A stretch of 64,000 nt of DNA from Callorhinchus milii (lineage: Eukaryota): contig NW_024704751.1 of the NCBI RefSeq assembly GCF_018977255.1, positions 19,654,001 through 19,718,000 of the forward strand, written 5' to 3'. Below the pieces are notes generated by a model. That model made no database searches and was not told the origin of the DNA. It was given only the letters and a program-made list of their open reading frames with translations. Shown here one piece after another: positions 62,268-64,000 of this stretch. The position numbers and the translations under genes were made by a program. Within the stretch, counting starts at the first letter, position 1. The number at the start of each line of letters is the position of its first letter.

Positions 62268-62805
62268 GTATTCAGCTTGTGAAACTTTAAAGTAGGCAAT
62301 GATATTTTTAAAGAAAAAAAACAGCATTTCAGTGCAATAATGTATTGTAGGATAATAATGCTTACATTTATTGTAGCACCTTTCATATTGGGAGGTCTCA
62401 AAGCATTGTACAAGGTTTACTGTAAGGTGTAATGACTGTGTGTTTTGCAGTTGAAGTCAGCATTTGCAACAGTTAACAGGAAGAATGAGGCTTGTTCCTA
62501 TGGAGGAATGAAGACTTTCAGTGATAATGTGAGCAGGTCTTTTAAATGATAAGAAACAGGTATATAATGTGGAATTTCAGGAGACTAAGCGCTCGCATAA
62601 CTAACCAAAAGCTAGAGGTGCAGTAAAGCACGATGTATACAAACCATCAAACCTTCAGCGAGACTGGGGAGCAGAGCAAGATGTGAACTAATTTTCCGTA
62701 AAAAAGTATTTTTACGCAAAGATAATGTTTTGGAAGTGGAGCGTGAAGTGCTTTAAGACATCTCATAGACTTGATAAGGCACTATATCAAATGCAAAGAT
62801 TAGAA
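62268..62805 (-). repeat. Inverted copy of 29215-29733
   Basis: Colinear reverse-complement match, with an extra ~55 bp at about 62652-62710. Confidence 0.92.
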
Positions 62806-63646
62806 TTATGATGTAAGGAAATACACAGGAAAACAGACCGTTGGATGTGTTCAGCTTGACACACAACTAAGTCAGCTGCTCATCACCTTTGTACAACAGC
62901 TTTGTTCAGCTGGCTCAAATTGAGAAATTTCATTTGTTTGTGCATGATGTGACTCAGGTGGTGGATGACATGACTCAGCCGTGTCAAACTGAGCAATTCA
63001 TTGTCTTTTTCAAAGGAATAGTGCACTCTTGAAGCCAGTTTTACAGAAACTCACCCAACTCAAACAAGTCAGTTTCACATACAGGCAGTTCTCATCACCT
63101 ATAATTTAGTTTGCACCCATTTCCACACTCTCACCCTTATGCTATTAAAAAATCCTCAAAATAATTTAATTTTACCACCAATAATGTTTTATTTTCAGGT
63201 CAAGGTGATGCCTGTCATTGCTGTGGAAACTTCCACACACTTAGCATTCTGCATCGCCTGGTTATGGGTTAGAAGTGGAATAAAGGTTATTCCATTTCAC
63301 TTCATCACTCAGGTATACTGTCAAATGAACAACTTTGTTATAATCCCAAGGGAGCTGAGCCAAGTCTGCTCAAGTGTAAGGTGTCATTGTACAGACGTCT
63401 CTCAACAGTTGGACTGAATATAAATCCAAATTCCAGAGGTGAAAGGGTTGGCGTATCATTAAATTTTAATAAAAAAAGACTTAAAAGTAAAATTCCATTT
63501 ATTAATTCCACCCACAAAATAGTCCATTCATTTTACAGTATATTCTGTGAAGAGCTTTGAGATGTCTCAACGACATAGGCGCTATATCAAATGCAAGGAT
63601 TATTATTATTTTTCTTTTATTCAACAGAAATGCTGGGGTACAAAAT

Positions 63647-63784
63647 CTATTGTTTCTTTTTGAATTTCTGTTGGTCTGATGCCCCGATTGTCTTTTTCTG
63701 CTTGTTCTTATTTTTGACGTTGTGTGTTTCGTAGTATCGAACCCCAACCTTCTTTGAGCGTTGCATTCGTTCCAGTCTTCGCTT
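63647..63784 (-). CDS. GNL2: G protein nucleolar 2 (Nog2), last coding exon; gene continues beyond the window
   Basis: Acceptor ttacag then KRRLERMQRSKKVGVRYYETHNVKNKNKQKK...KKQ*, which contains the GNL2 C-terminal KKVGVRYYETHNVKN motif; synteny with DNALI1; AATAAA at 63616-63621. Confidence 0.93.
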   Translation of the reverse strand, partial: KRRLERMQRSKKVGVRYYETHNVKNKNKQKKTIGASDQQKFKKKQ

Positions 63785-64000
63785 CTGTAAAGGCAAATCA
63801 ACGGAGCATAGATTATACACAACACCCAGGAAAAATGAATCCACAATCTGTGATGGACAGTTTTTTGTGCCAATATAGATGTGAATTTAATTCCAGCTAT
63901 AGATATTCAAAACATTCTTGCCAACAAATCAAAGATTCTGAGTTAATTATGTTAATATGAATCAGCATTTTTAAAGAACACACACTTGCATCATGTTTTC

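Overview
Vertebrate genomic DNA, most likely from a cartilaginous fish; this is inferred from its CR1 and L2 LINEs and the abundant tRNA-headed, Deu-domain SINEs with L2-like (ATT)n tails. Manual spliced reconstruction gives the conserved block MEAF6(-), SNIP1(-), DNALI1(+) and the last exon of GNL2(-), in the same order and orientation as human 1p34.3. Downstream of MEAF6 lies a gene I cannot name: six phase-compatible exons (13346-24409, minus strand) encode a coiled coil, a low-complexity linker and a C-terminal CAP-Gly domain whose GKNDG motif is replaced by RQRDG. A candidate first exon for it lies next to RFX X-box and forkhead motifs. Other notable structure: a 30-nt MEAF6 microexon, a perfect 49-bp inverted repeat at the ends of DNALI1 intron 3, a ~520-bp inverted duplication bracketing the MEAF6-SNIP1-DNALI1 block, a second CpG promoter with a perfect DR2, and a Helitron Rep fragment. 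The first 13 kb is mostly retroelement debris plus an assembly gap (363-811). All calls come from reading the sequence by eye; no searches were run.
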